The position numbers and the translations under genes were made by a program. Shown in pieces: positions 36,567-48,189 of a stretch of 64,000 nucleotides of DNA. Below the pieces are notes generated by a model. The model searched no databases and was not told the DNA's origin. It saw only the letters and a list, made by a program, of their open reading frames with translations. Source of the stretch: Salminus brasiliensis. Its lineage: Eukaryota. The stretch's first letter is position 1. Each line of letters opens with the position of its first letter. The stretch lies in assembly GCF_030463535.1 (NCBI RefSeq), contig NC_132885.1, positions 19,665,786 to 19,729,785 on the forward strand. The letters run 5' to 3'.

Positions 36567-37467
36567 GAGGATTTTATTGATGAGGCCTTGGATAGTGATT
36601 CATTGGATTTTTCATTGGATATTCCGTTAATGGCTGCTTCCATTGATCACCAAGTAATGAGGGCAACATGTTGCTTAAGAAGGCCTAACATTGCACCAAT
36701 ACTTGCCCCCACTTCTGATCTGCCCAAGCCAGAATTGGTTTCTAGTGATTTTGCTTTCCCTCCTCTTTCTGACTACGCAGCACATTCTCGCCCTAGTCCT
36801 AAGTCAAGACAAGTCCGCTCTGAAATGACCTCAGATGTCCCCAGGATCTCAGCTGCATGTTTGAAAGAGGAACATTTTATGCCACAGAAACCAGATACGT
36901 TTGATTCACTGGCTATGAAAAAAATAAATAAATTAGCATCCCGCCCTGCTTCTTCTCTCAGAGGGTATACTTCATCGAATCGAACAGTACCTGTTTGTGC
37001 TGATGCCCTTCCTTATCCTTCCCAGCTAATTCCTCAACTTAATTCTGGTTTTGCGTCTAAATCTCTTGCTTCGTTCTGCACTTCTGAGGCTCTTCTTTCT
37101 CCTGCTCCTCCTCCTCCTCCTCCTCCTCCGCCCCCTCCTGCCCCTACCTCTAAGCCCATTCCTGCTTTTTATTCCGCTCTTCCACACACCCCTCCTCCTC
37201 CTGCTCTCCCTTCCATTCCTAGTTCCTTTAGTTCAGGTTCCTTTCAGCCCCATGCATCTTTTCAAACTGCTGATGCTGCCATTCCTCCTCCTCCTCTTCC
37301 TTCTCATAGATACAGATTAGCAGCTCTTTGTGTTCCTCAGTCTTCTTTTTCTCAGTACCAATTTGCTGCTCCTTCTACATCTTCCATTGCTGCTGTGGGT
37401 CCTCTTACCCTTCTTACTGCATCAGAATCAGCAGTGTGCTCAGAAGAACCTGAATGTTTAACAGAAG
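36567..37467 (+). CDS. parp4: PARP4 exon 29, large (901 nt) low-complexity Pro/Ser-rich exon with a PPPPPPPPPPPP run
   Basis: ORF 36519..37505. Acceptor cctgcag at 36566, donor g|gtaagg at 37468. Corresponds to the Pro/Ser-rich C-terminal half of human PARP4. Confidence 0.8.
37104..37131 (+). repeat. parp4: (CCT)n trinucleotide repeat inside PARP4 exon 29, encoding poly-Pro
   Basis: cctcctcctcctcctcctccgccccct gives PPPPPPPPPPPP. Confidence 0.9.
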
Positions 37468-37606
37468 GTAAGGAATACCACATCAGTGTCAAGAGTCCTT
37501 TTTAGCTCAGTGGTTTCAGATAATCACTGTACTTTACATGACATGTATATACAGTTTTTCCCCTTTTTCTCTTTGTTTTGAATTTGGTTTTGCACTTTTA
37601 TTTCAG

Positions 37607-37750
37607 TTCCTGGTTCCACTTTATTCGGCTCAATCTCCAGACCGTTTGCTCCTCGTCCGACATCTGTTATTGTTTCTGCGGGTTCTCCTACCCATCCTGC
37701 GGCTGAATCGGAGGTGTTATCACAAGAACGTTTTCCTCATGGACCAGTAG
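37607..37750 (+). CDS. parp4: PARP4 exon 30 (48 aa; tandem duplicate of the exon-29 tail and exon-31 head)
   Basis: Acceptor tttcag, donor gtag|gtaagg. Both flanking mini-introns (139 and 112 bp) are paralogous. The exon is needed to keep frame from phase 1 to phase 1. Confidence 0.65.
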   Translation, partial: FLVPLYSAQSPDRLLLVRHLLLFLRVLLPILRLNRRCYHKNVFLMDQ

Positions 37751-37862
37751 GTAAGGAAGGCCAAATCAGCGTCTGGAGTTCTTTTTAGCTTCATGGTTTA
37801 AGAAAAACGTATCACTGTACATCACATGATCTATGTATTTTTTTCTTTTTTCTCTTGTCTAG

Positions 37863-38215
37863 CAACATCCACTGCTGGTTTGAAACTTGTTCCTGCCACT
37901 TCAGGTTTTACCTTATTTCGCTCAAACTCCACTGCATGTGGCTCAAGCTCCTTTTCATTTGGCTCAAGCCCCTCTTCATTTGGCTCAAGCTCCTTTTCAT
38001 TTGGCTCAAGCCCCTCTTCATTTGTCCCAGGCCCCTCTTTGTTTGGCTCAAGAGAGAAAAAGTCTTCTTTAAAACATGGATTTTCTTTTAGTCAAAGACT
38101 AAAATTTCATGTTGAGGGATCTGAGGATACCCAACTGCAGAGGGACAGTAAAGGTGAACAATACAGGCGTCCTGACCAGATCAACTGGGATGACCTTTTT
38201 CATCTTCAGCATCAG
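37863..38215 (+). CDS. parp4: PARP4 exon 31 (SFGSS/FG-like 24-bp repeat block then ...QINWDDLFHLQHQ)
   Basis: ORF 37826..38233 frame. ...INWDDLFHLQHQ|DGYWEC resembles human ...VPWTELLSLQTEDGFWKL. Confidence 0.8.
37955..38060 (+). repeat. parp4: About 24-bp coding tandem repeat (tttggctcaagcYccYtttca) x4-5 inside PARP4 exon 31, encoding SFSFGSSPSSFGSS...
   Basis: Direct reading; the three listed ORF-track frames (37826, 37855, 37887) all show the periodicity. Confidence 0.85.
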
Positions 38216-38619
38216 GTACACACAAAACTGTGAGCTTCACATAAGTGTTACTATGCGATACGTAAGCTTAGGGACAATGCCCTCCTTTATCTGTTGAGCA
38301 TACAGAGTTAACGTGATATGCTCAAACTTTGAATTTTAGATAAACTCATGAATGTGAGACAGAATTATTTTATGGTAATGGCCATTTTCTTGGCATGTGT
38401 GTTACACAGTTTTTTATAAATTAGGATTATGATTTTTTATAAATTATTTTTTATAAACGATGACATGTATTTGTGTGTATGTATGTATGTATGAATGTAT
38501 GCTCTGGCACTAATTGAATTCCATAAAACAGTCCTCACAAAAATAATAGCCGGACAATAATACACAATAAAAAAAACATTCTTTGTTTAATTAATCATTC
38601 ATTTATCTGTTGAATGCAG

Positions 38620-38722
38620 GACGGCTACTGGGAATGTACAGGGAGCCTGAGTAGATTCCTCGGCCTGGATGTAGACTTCTTTGCCAACGTCTTCCTGAAG
38701 GAGAAAGGCATCTGCTCCTTGG
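38620..38722 (+). CDS. parp4: PARP4 exon 32 (MVP-interaction region)
   Basis: DGYWECTGSLSRFLGLDVDFFANVFLKEKGICSLG resembles human DGFWKLTPELGLILNLNTNGLHSFLKQKGIQSLG. Confidence 0.8.
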
Positions 38723-39299
38723 GTAAACAGCTCCTTTAATTTCTGCTGTTCAGTTGAGCGCTGGACCAGAAGAGGTATTTCTAGAATACAATGGGAAATA
38801 TGATTCAATGTGTCTTCATCATAAGTTGATTTTTTTGTCTTTTTAATTATATATTTGATCTACAGTTTCAAATGAAGGTATTACAGCTAGTCATTTGGAT
38901 GGTGCCATAGAAGAACCACTTTTGGATCCATAAACAACCATGTTTTTAAAGGGAAGGTTTTTTAGATCTCTAAAAGGTTCTTCATTATGATGTTATTCAC
39001 ACATCTCTATCACAAACGTGCTTCTTTATGGAACCAAAAATGCCTTTTTAATGTCACCCCTCACAGAACCTTATGTAGCATCTTTTTTAAAGAGTGTAGG
39101 ACAATTAATCACATCTTTACTAGGATACTGCTTAAGATCTAAGGACTGAGAGTAAATTCTGCTTCGTCCTTGTTTATGTTGAAGTGAGTTAGTGTCAGTG
39201 TGGCATTGTAGCATTACTTGACAACTCTGCAAGGTGGAGGTGTGACTCCATTGTAACAGCCAGAAGCAGTTATTTACCTCTGGATGTTTCCTCTGTCAG

Positions 39300-39432
39300 G
39301 TGTAAAGGCACATGCTGACATCCTGAAACTGGTGGCCACAATGCTGGTGCTCCAGCTGATGCGAGTGATGAAGATGGTGGAGGGGGAGCTGTTCCAGTCT
39401 CTCTTCCGCCTCTCTAACTTTCCTGAGTCCAA
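39300..39432 (+). CDS. parp4: PARP4 exon 33
   Basis: GVKAHADILKLVATMLVLQLMRVMKMVEGELFQSLFRL resembles human GVKGRECLLDLIATMLVLQFIRTRLEKEGIVFKSLMKM. Confidence 0.85.
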
Positions 39433-39876
39433 GTAAGAAACTTTTTCATGTTTTTGAGCACATTGTGTTCATAGTATGTGCTTTTTAAGTACTGCAAGTA
39501 ATTCAGCAAAATGTCATACTGTAGTATCGTGATATACACTATATGTCCAGAAGGATTTTCATCACCATTTCTGAGTAGTGACTTGGGCTACTTTAAGGTG
39601 CGATATTGCTAAAGGTAGGATTTCAGTTAGACAGACAGCATGTAAGCACTGTAGTGTTCTGAATTACTTTTAGAGAAAAAAATATTATTTATTTATTTTA
39701 TCATTGTGGTTATATTCATCATGATTCCCAATGAACTTATCAAGTAAGCCATTAAATATAATCACTGGAGCCTGAAGTTGTCATTTTAGACTATATGTAG
39801 TTTAAATTATTTAATCTAAAATTAAATCATTAATTTGTGATTTTGTGTGTGTGTTTGTGTGTGTTTTCATCTTTAG

Positions 39877-40078
39877 ACCAGCGTGCTATGAAGCAGTGAA
39901 GAAGGCAGTGGACTGGGTCTGCTGGGCAGACAGACAGTACCCGTGTGTGTACAGCAGACTGGAGTTTGGCTGTAACTGGGAGTCCTGCACACGGCAGCTG
40001 CTAGGCCTGGACTCGCTGCCACCCTGCTCCCCTCTGACCCCTGTCCTACAGAGGAGCACACAAGTGCCAGTCATGTAG
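39877..40078 (+). CDS. parp4: PARP4 terminal exon 34 (stop TAG at 40076-40078)
   Basis: ...QYPCVYSRLEFGCNWESCTRQLLGLDSLPPCSPLTPVLQRS resembles human ...QYPSICPRLELGNDWDSATKQLLGLQPISTVSPLHRVLHYS. Total CDS is 5466 nt (1821 aa) with every junction in frame. Confidence 0.9.
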
Positions 40079-43000
40079 AGAACACACTGCCACAACACCA
40101 CAGGTTCAGTGTTACTTATAACTGGGATTGGAAAGATGAGATGGAAGAGTTGTAAAAAAGTCTGTATGGGATTTTTATGTGCCATGAATGGAATGTGCCA
40201 ACTGTGGAAGAGACAAGAAAATGGCACCTTATGTACCAGACATTTTACATATTTGTCAGCGTTTTAGTCAAATTGGTGCATTAACTAAATCATGAGTTTA
40301 CAGTACAGATGAAACATTCGTTCCATAGGCCAGAACTGGGCCGATAAAAGCAAATTTAGATATCAGGAAAAAGTGATTTTCATATCGTATTATTTCAGGG
40401 CTGTGTGGACATGTCAAATCCGATCTTTTTAAATACGATTTGCGTCATTTTTATATGTGGTCCTACATATCCTAGAACGGCTATGTATTCGATTTGTGGA
40501 TATGCAACACGAGTGTGAACAGATTTCATGCGTATTGCTATGTAGAACATTAACATTGTTTTCCTAGCTAGTTTTAAACTCCCATCTCTCTCAGACCATG
40601 TCACACCTTAGACACGTGTCCAAATGAATTGAGCTGAGTTAAGAATTGATTGTCTCTTTTCAAAAGAAATTGACACAGTGACAGACTTTCCAATCAGTCC
40701 GGCCCACTTCCTCAAAAGAACTTAACTGAAACTACATTCAGGTTCATATTTTTCTTTTTTTTTAATTTGTTCATGTTCTTTTGTCCATTGAAAAATGGAA
40801 GTTTTACTCAATAATATATGTGCATTGTTAAAGGTGTGTGTTTTTTTTTTTTCTTGGAGTTTTGGTTCAAATTTGAAGCTAATGCATGACACAATGCAGT
40901 GCAATACTCTATATAATATATATACTCTATATAACTATACTTAATAAGCAATTGACTTCCTTTAGGTCTCTTGCACTTTCATAGCATGTAGACTACCAGT
41001 CAAATGTTTTAAAACACCCTCCATTTTTTCAGTAGTCCACTGTCAGTGTTGCATGGCCCACTCAAGCCTACTGTGCTTGTTTTTCCATCTTTAATTTGAG
41101 CATTGATTTTTATAATGCCACTCTCCCTGTCAAACCTGCAGCTCCAAGTCTCACAGTTTCACAGTTGAAACTAAGAGTTGGTCCAGTGTTAAGATGCGCT
41201 ACCACGTTAGCTGCCTATCACACAAGGTGTTGACTCTCAGAAACTTGTCTTCTGATGATGTTGTGGATGTTCTCTAGTTTTAAAGAGCTTCTTGTTGTAG
41301 GAAACTGAACTCCCGACATTCCGTCTTAATCTGTAATTTCTCAAAGGACAGAGCAACACTTTTAGGAGGTCAATATCCCTTCCTTTATTAAATACTGTGG
41401 CACAGAATGCTGTAACACTCAGTTTTTACACTGATTTTATGTAGAAAAAGGGGTTGTACATTATTATGTTTACATTAGCTGTCAAAGCCTGATTTACTTC
41501 CATTGCAACAGACTAGCTGTATGTTGTTAACCAATGACTTCTTTAAAACAATCCCCTAAACATCCCCCCCCATACCATAATGTACCATTGCAAGTTGGTC
41601 AATGGACATAAATGTCAATAAAAACATTAAATATCAAGTAAAATAAAAAAAAAACATTTGACCGGTAGTGTATATGCATGGGTTAATAGTTAATTATAAG
41701 TATCAGACATTTAACTTCTGTGGCTTAATGCAATCAAATACTCACAACAATGTTCTAACTTCTAGTCTAAGGCCCACATGAATGCTGTGTTCATGAAATG
41801 TGTATATATATATTAAAAGTGTATATTAGTAGCTGTATGTAAAGGGCAGTAAAAGGAATGGGCCAGGTTTGGGATTTGGTAAATCAGAATGTGCTGTTTG
41901 CATTAATGTGGGTCTCTGCTTCCTGTACGTTTATCGTTACCTAAATAGTGTAGATACATATATAGCAGTGCAACTAGTCAAAAACTAAAGGTTCTACCGA
42001 AGTTATTGCTGTTTGTGTTCGAGTGAAAGAGTTGTGCACTCTTTCTGATCAGCAGTATGTAATACCTACATAACACGTATCAAAGGTTTGTGTTCGTTCT
42101 CAGTAATTTACACCTTTTTTGAGTTTTCCTTTGGACCCTCATGTATTTGCAGTCAGTTAGATTTGTCTTGCTCCCTCTAATGGCGTTCTGACTGTGACAG
42201 AGTTGCTGAAGTCCTGTGCTATGGTGCTTGTGGACCTATGTAAGATTAAGTTGGGAAAAAAGCATTTAATTCTGCATGTTTAAAAAGGCTCACTGATCTT
42301 GCATTTGTACAGCCAGGCCAACAACATGCTTAAGAAAAAAATAAAAGAAGAAATATTTGCATATTTTCACTGTGAAAAGTAAACAAATCTATTTTACATT
42401 TTGATTGACATATCTAGCGTAAGTTGAATCAGAAAAATTCTGCATAATACGTCAAAGCCTCTTATGATGCTAAATAATAATGTAATAATTTTCCTTGTGT
42501 TGAATAGTAGGTTAATGAAGGTTTCTGATGGGGGGTGCAACTTAGAGGAAGACTTTAACTGTGGAACTTTAATAAAGAAAGAAGAACATAAAGGAAATAT
42601 CTTTGACTGGACTCTATGTTTTTGACCCCTTCTGACACATACCAGCACTTTTCTGCTACACCCACTAACCTAGTTCTAGATCTTACAGTACAGTATCGGC
42701 ATAGCTCATGCACTGAGGATGTAAAGCGTTCACCAGGTCTGACAGAATTTGACAGAAATGGAAATTAGCTTGAGCATTTATTTTTATTTTGTTACTTTAC
42801 AGAAACCATGTCGCTACAAAGTACAGCATAGCTAATATTTCTAGCTAAACAAATTGCTAACTAGCTAGCTAACACAAGCATGTTGCGTTAGCTATGGCTG
42901 ATGTAAATTAGCTGGTGTATAAATAAATATATATCAGAAGTTGGACATTTCTGTTTTGTATGTTCTTTACTATTTGATCTCATGAAATATATTCAAATTA

Positions 43001-43822
43001 TTTGAGATACTGGATTTCTGGTTTTCATGAGCTATAAACCATACAAAAAAGTCACTTTATTTAGAAATATGTCACTTTACATGTAATGAATGTAAAATAT
43101 ATGACAATTTACTTTGTTGAATTTAATTCTGAATAAAATTAAACTTTTTTTTACAATATTTTTTACATTTTTGGATATTACTATCCCTACGATCACTATT
43201 CACCTTTTGACAAACATAAACTCCTTTAAAAAACCTAGGCCATCATGGCTGGTCACCAGCAACAAGACAAACAAGGTTTAAGCTTGAGTTTATTTATTGA
43301 TAATTAATAACTGATTCTGCAGGAACTATTCTGAGGTCTCTGATTATTTAATATAAATGTAATTCAATCTCTGCAAGTTGTTTAACCTGTTGTATGATTT
43401 CCCTAGTAAATTTGGCTTCATGGGTTTCACTTAATCCTGTGAAATGCATGGCTAAATGACTATTTTCATCCTAAAGAGACTGTAGGTATGAAAGCATCAT
43501 TTCCATGTGTTTTCACTCTGAGCATAGGTGAGAACCCTTAGAACATATTAGTGGTTTGTTTTTTCAGGGCTTCACTTAATAAAATGGCACTCTGCCATTT
43601 CAGCTCAGCCTTATCAGTAGGGTCAGCATACGCCTCTCAGTGACAATATTGACAGAAGGAGCAGGTAGTACTCCCATGCTTCAGGCTGAGATGAGGAATG
43701 AAGCTGGCATGAGGTCGACAGACAGGAGCGGACCTTCAGCAGAGCGCGTCTGTCAGAAATGAAGAACACACGGATCGATTCATCAGCACCGTAGCACACA
43801 CTCCGTATCAGATGACTGCAGC

Positions 43823-43854
43823 ATGGCTTCGATTGGACAGATCATCTTTTGGAG
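43823..43854 (+). CDS. vtcn1: VTCN1/B7-H4 coding exon 1 (MASIGQIIFW)
   Basis: ATG at 43823. Resembles human B7-H4 MASLGQILFW. Donor ag|gttatc is weak; phase 2 joins exon 2 to give S. Confidence 0.65.
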
Positions 43855-44035
43855 GTTATCTTTCTGCAACTTTCTACATTACTCAGATTGACACCACTAT
43901 GTTTGACTGTGTTTTTACGGTGCCATAAAACTAATCTCAATTGATTATACATTTGGAATCACTTTATTCATAACATTACTTTGATTGTTATTTATGGAAA
44001 AATCAATGTGTCATTTTTGATGTTTTCTCTCACAG

Positions 44036-44100
44036 CATGATTGTCCTTATATTTGTATGTGCTGGACTCATCATTCTCCTATTGGCAATTGCATTTTCAG
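44036..44100 (+). CDS. vtcn1: VTCN1/B7-H4 exon 2 (signal/TM-like hydrophobic segment MIVLIFVCAGLIILLLAIAFS)
   Basis: Acceptor ctctcacag, donor g|gttagc. Resembles human SIISIIIILAGAIALIIGFGISG. Confidence 0.75.
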
Positions 44101-44384
44101 GTTAGCCTGAATGTTCTGAACATATTTTACTATTTATCAATCTCCTAACTGTTTTTCTATGCATCTTGTATGAAAAGCTTATTGTTGTATTGTTGTGATA
44201 TATAGATAGATTACAACTTCATAAGATCTTAAAATGAAGCGTTATAACAGGAGGTACATAAACCAGTGACTATTACAAACATATGTTGCTGACGCACAAA
44301 AAGACTTTTCAACATAATTTAAATTGTCGGACAGTTGTTCTTTACATTGTGTCAATGCACACTCATCAGCCATAACATTAGTAC

Positions 44385-44790
44385 CACTGACAGGTGAAGT
44401 GAACATTAGTTACATTCATCTACAGTGGCATCTGTCAAGAGGTGGGATATATTAGGCAGCAAACGAACAGTCAGTTCTTGAAGGTGATGTGTTAAAATCA
44501 TAGGTAAGGATCTGAGCCACTTTGACCACTTTGATCTGGGCCAACTGTGTCAGAACACAGTTGGCCAGTGGTCAGTACCTACTAAAAGTGGTCCAAGAAA
44601 GGACAACCGGTGAACCGGTGACAGGGTAATTGGCACCAAAACCTCATTGATGCAATTCATGGAGGCCCCATCTCACAAAAGGGGTTTTACGGAGGCCATG
44701 CCTCGACGAGTCAGATCTGTTGTGGCTGCTCGAGGGAGGCCTACTCAATATTAGGCAACTAATGATACAAATGTTATGGCTATGGTCCAA
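44385..44790 (+). mobile_element. Internally deleted Tc1-like element (TIRs ccataacattagtaccac.../...caaatgttatgg; retains transposase C-terminus PRRVRSVVAARGRPTQY*)
   Basis: Inverted termini plus the characteristic Tc1 C-terminal peptide. Confidence 0.7.
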
Positions 44791-45355
44791 TAGAAATGCT
44801 TCTAAACTTGGAATAATAATAAGTTTACATTGACTTTTATTGGAGATTTTGGAGATACAAGGTTTTTGTGTGACAGCAATGCTATTTTAAATTTCCATTA
44901 AAAAGGGATATGTGGGCAAATAATAGAGCGTAGTTATATACAAATTATATATATACAAAGGAACACACAAAAAAAATGGACTAGTTCAATAAAACAATTT
45001 GCAAGATTGGAGTTAGGAGTGAGAAGCAATAGACACCCTTAAAAGGGAGGGAGGGGGGATTTAAAGGGTTTTCTTATATATACACAAAATAATGGTAATA
45101 TATCAAAGGGTATTATATCATATGAATGCCTAAATTATGTAAAATCTTATAGATGGTTCATTAAAGAACCTTTTAGAAATAGTTGTGCATAACACCAAAC
45201 AGGGCTCCACTGGTTAAACATTTTAGTGCCTGATACAGCGGCAACATGCCTTCTTTCTAATTTAGTCAAATTTAGTTTAAGCAAACATTAATTGGTTGTT
45301 ATTATTATTGTCAAGGAATAACTGTATTTTCTGTACATGTGTGTGTGCTCCTAAG

Positions 45356-45715
45356 CCTCCCAGGGCACTGTGAAGACTAGTGCCCCCTTTCCAGTGGGTA
45401 ACCTAGGACAAGACGTGGTTCTGGAATGCAGGTTCCTCACGAAAACTGGAGGGGATCGTTCTAGTGACGTGCTCATCACCTGGGAGAAAGATGGTCTCAG
45501 TGGGTTGGTTTATCAGTACAAGAACAACGCAGCACAGTTACAGGATCAGAACTCACTGTTCCAAAACCGGGCTCAGCTCTTCCCAGATGCCATCGCTGGT
45601 GGCAACGCTTCCCTAGTCCTGAGGAGTGTAAGGATGGCGGATGCAGGTGTGTACCGCAGCAGTGTGAGTGCTCCTGGAGTCTGGGGTAGAGTCGACATTG
45701 ACCTTAGAGTGAGTG
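45356..45715 (+). CDS. vtcn1: VTCN1/B7-H4 exon 3 (IgV domain)
   Basis: Phase 1 to phase 1. ...DVVLECRF...VLITWEKDGLSGLVYQYKNN...FPDAIAGGNASLVLRSVRMADAGVYRSSVS resembles human ...GILSCTFEPD...IVIQWLKEGVLGLVHEFKEG...FADQVIVGNASLRLKNVQLTDAGTYKCYII. Confidence 0.85.
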
Positions 45716-45902
45716 GTAAGCAACTCCAGTGTATTTTAGTATATTCAAAAATGGGGGGGTGTAACAATGCAGGCAGCCCGTGACTGAATTTGATTCATGA
45801 TACAAAATGATTCACTGTGTGTATGTGGTAAGCCCTAACTTTTGAACGATCATGATACCTCATCATGACATTCATGAGTGTTGTTTTGTGTGCTGTTTGC
45901 AG

Positions 45903-46151
45903 TCTATTCAGTTCCCACGATCTCCAAGTCAGACAATGGCCTAAAAGCTGAAGCTCCAAGATGGCAGTCCAACCCTACGGTAATCTGGTCAGACCAAAAC
46001 GGAAAACAGTTAAACAGCAGCACCCAGTTTAACAATGTTTCAGAGGGAATCGTGCAAGTGGTGAGCAACCTTACAGGCCCACTGACAAGCACCGAGACGT
46101 ACACCTGTGTAATCCAGAACCCCCTCATCAAATCAGTCTCTGCAGTAACAG
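45903..46151 (+). CDS. vtcn1: VTCN1/B7-H4 exon 4 (IgC domain)
   Basis: Phase 1 to phase 1. LKAEAPRWQSNPTVIWSDQNGKQL...ETYTCVIQNPLIKSVSAVTG resembles human LRCEAPRWFPQPTVVWASQVDQG...NTYSCMIENDIAKATGDIKVT. Confidence 0.85.
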
Positions 46152-46479
46152 GTATGCACGAAATAGCCTACATGTTTGTAGACATATAGCTGTACCAACA
46201 CGCATAGATATACAGCCAAACACAAATGGAAACAGTCGTGCTCACCCACAATGAAAACATTTACACAAGCCCTAGTGATGGCACCAGCCTATCTTTATTC
46301 AGTGATACTATGGCAACTACAGCAAGTATGCCCAATAAACACTAAGGTCTCAAGACTATTGGTCTGTCTAAAGGAATGATCTCAGAGCATGTTATGGGAA
46401 AGTCACACACCATTAGTTGTAGTCCAAAAGGCTGGCCAAAAAATGACCCATTCTTCTTGATTCTTCTTTGACTCGGCAG

Positions 46480-46586
46480 GTGATGGAGATTTGAGGAGTT
46501 CATATTTTCTGACTAGTTCATCACCAAAAGCGCTGCCATTACAACTAGCTGGGATAACCCCCCTTCTTCTCTACATGCTGGAATGA
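46480..46586 (+). CDS. vtcn1: VTCN1/B7-H4 terminal exon (hydrophobic GPI-signal-like tail ALPLQLAGITPLLLYMLE, stop TGA at 46584-46586)
   Basis: Acceptor ctcggcag. Tail resembles human B7-H4 C-terminus ...SWALLPLSPYLMLK*. Total CDS is 813 nt (270 aa), in frame. Confidence 0.7.
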
Positions 46587-46748
46587 TGAAGGGATTCAAG
46601 AGCTTGATGGAAATTGTACGCCAACCACAGGGACTGCTCTAAAATACACTGTGGTAAATGTGTGTTTGTTGATTTTTAATTTGTAGACTTTGTAACTTGA
46701 CGTCCTTGAGAAGAGACAGTTCCGACAGACTTTTCTTAGATTGCTGTA

Positions 46749-46754
46749 AATAAA
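46749..46754 (+). terminator. vtcn1: AATAAA polyadenylation signal about 165 nt downstream of the VTCN1 stop
   Basis: ctgtAAATAAAtgtaaataataag. Confidence 0.45.
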
Positions 46755-46972
46755 TGTAAATAATAAGGATCTTTTCTGTCACCTATAGATTTTTTTTTCT
46801 CAAATATCAAATCAATCTCCAGTTCTACTCATAGTAAATATGTCATTAGGGAACAGGTTTAGTGAAACATTGGGACACTTCACAGTTTTGGACAAATCAC
46901 ATGAAAAATAATGTTCAGAATGGTTAAACTCCTTTACTGTTCACTACATCCTGCTTACTAAATGCTTCAAAC

Positions 46973-46974
<2 letters not shown>

Positions 46975-47024
<50 letters not shown>
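46975..47024. repeat. (TA)n microsatellite, about 25 units
   Basis: Direct reading. Confidence 0.95.
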
Positions 47025-47026
<2 letters not shown>

Positions 47027-47289
47027 AAAAAAGGTTCTCTGGCTAATAATGTAGAACCATTTCTAAAAGAAGCTGGATAGGTTTTCCTTTTATGTAAAGA
47101 ACCATTTTATGGCAAATAACTATATATGCATTCATATATAGTTCACTGAGTTGTTCTTTTTGATGGTTCTAGATATAACCAGGGGAACGTTTTTTCACAA
47201 TTTGATGCACAGCTGATATGACCTATAAGAAAAGCCAATTTATCACATTAACATTTAGAACATAATCTTCAATTACATATTGAATATGA

Positions 47290-47572
47290 GGGCAGTGGTG
47301 GCTCAGCGGTTAGAGCGCCGGGCTATCGATAACAACGTTGTGGGTTCGATTCCCTGGCTCTGCCACTGTTGGGCCCTTGAGCAAGGCCCTTTACCCTCTC
47401 TGCTCCCCCGGGCGCTGGAGTTGGCCGCCCACCACTCTGGGTGTGTGTGTACTCACTGCCCCTAGTTCACTAGTGTGTGTGTTCACTACCACAGCTGGGT
47501 TAAATGCGGAGGACACATTTTGCTGTACAGTGTACACTTTACAGTGACAAATATGTGCACCTTTACATATTC
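47290..47572 (+). mobile_element. tRNA-derived SINE (GGCAGTGGTGGCTCAGCGGTTAGAGCGCCGGGCTATCGATAAC...GGGTTCGATTCCC... with box A/B, GGGCCCTTGAGCAAGGCCC core)
   Basis: tRNA-like head with Pol III A and B boxes; the 3' part is shared with the 62588 copy. Confidence 0.75.
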
Positions 47573-48189
47573 TTGCTGTCATATAAAAACATTGTATCTT
47601 CTAAATAGTAGCAACAAACTATTGATCCACACAATGTAAAAAAACTGACAGATGTTCAAAACAGCAACAAAGAGAGAGAGAGAGATACAAGATTTTTGCA
47701 TGACCCCCATCTTTAATAATATTGAAAACAAATCACCTCACGTCCCTCAGCTGGAACACAGGGGTTGGCGGAGTCCAGCAGACCTGGTGGGCTGGAGTCC
47801 AGCACAGTTTGCACACAACTGCTTCATTTCAGTGTGTAATTAGCGGACTTTGTGGGTGTATATGGGGTGTGAGAATAATAATGGAGGGGTCTGGATCGCC
47901 ACTTTGCTTACTGCAGGTGTCAGCAATTCCAACAGTTTGGAGATTTCCCTGGCCAAACACGCCTGGTTCTGTTCAACAGTTTAATCCCAGGTTTAGTTTG
48001 CCTCCTAAATTTAGAAACCCCCCAAATGTACTGGAATTGATGAGCCCTGCTCAGGGCAACAGACTAGCGCCCCAAGTGGTGTGGCATGGCGTCGCTTGCT
48101 GAAGGGCACGGTGTACAGTGAGCAGGTCTAGCCCCGGTTTACTGTATAGTTAACAGACCACAGGCTGGTCTTTCTCTCCAGCAGATGGA

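Noticed and set aside
37051-37320. Poly-Leu ORF (MRLNLLLRSALLRLFFLLLLLLLLL...)
   Set aside because: Alternate frame of PARP4 exon 29 across the (CCT)n repeat.
45573-45767. Minus-strand 64-aa ORF
   Set aside because: Antisense to the VTCN1 IgV exon.
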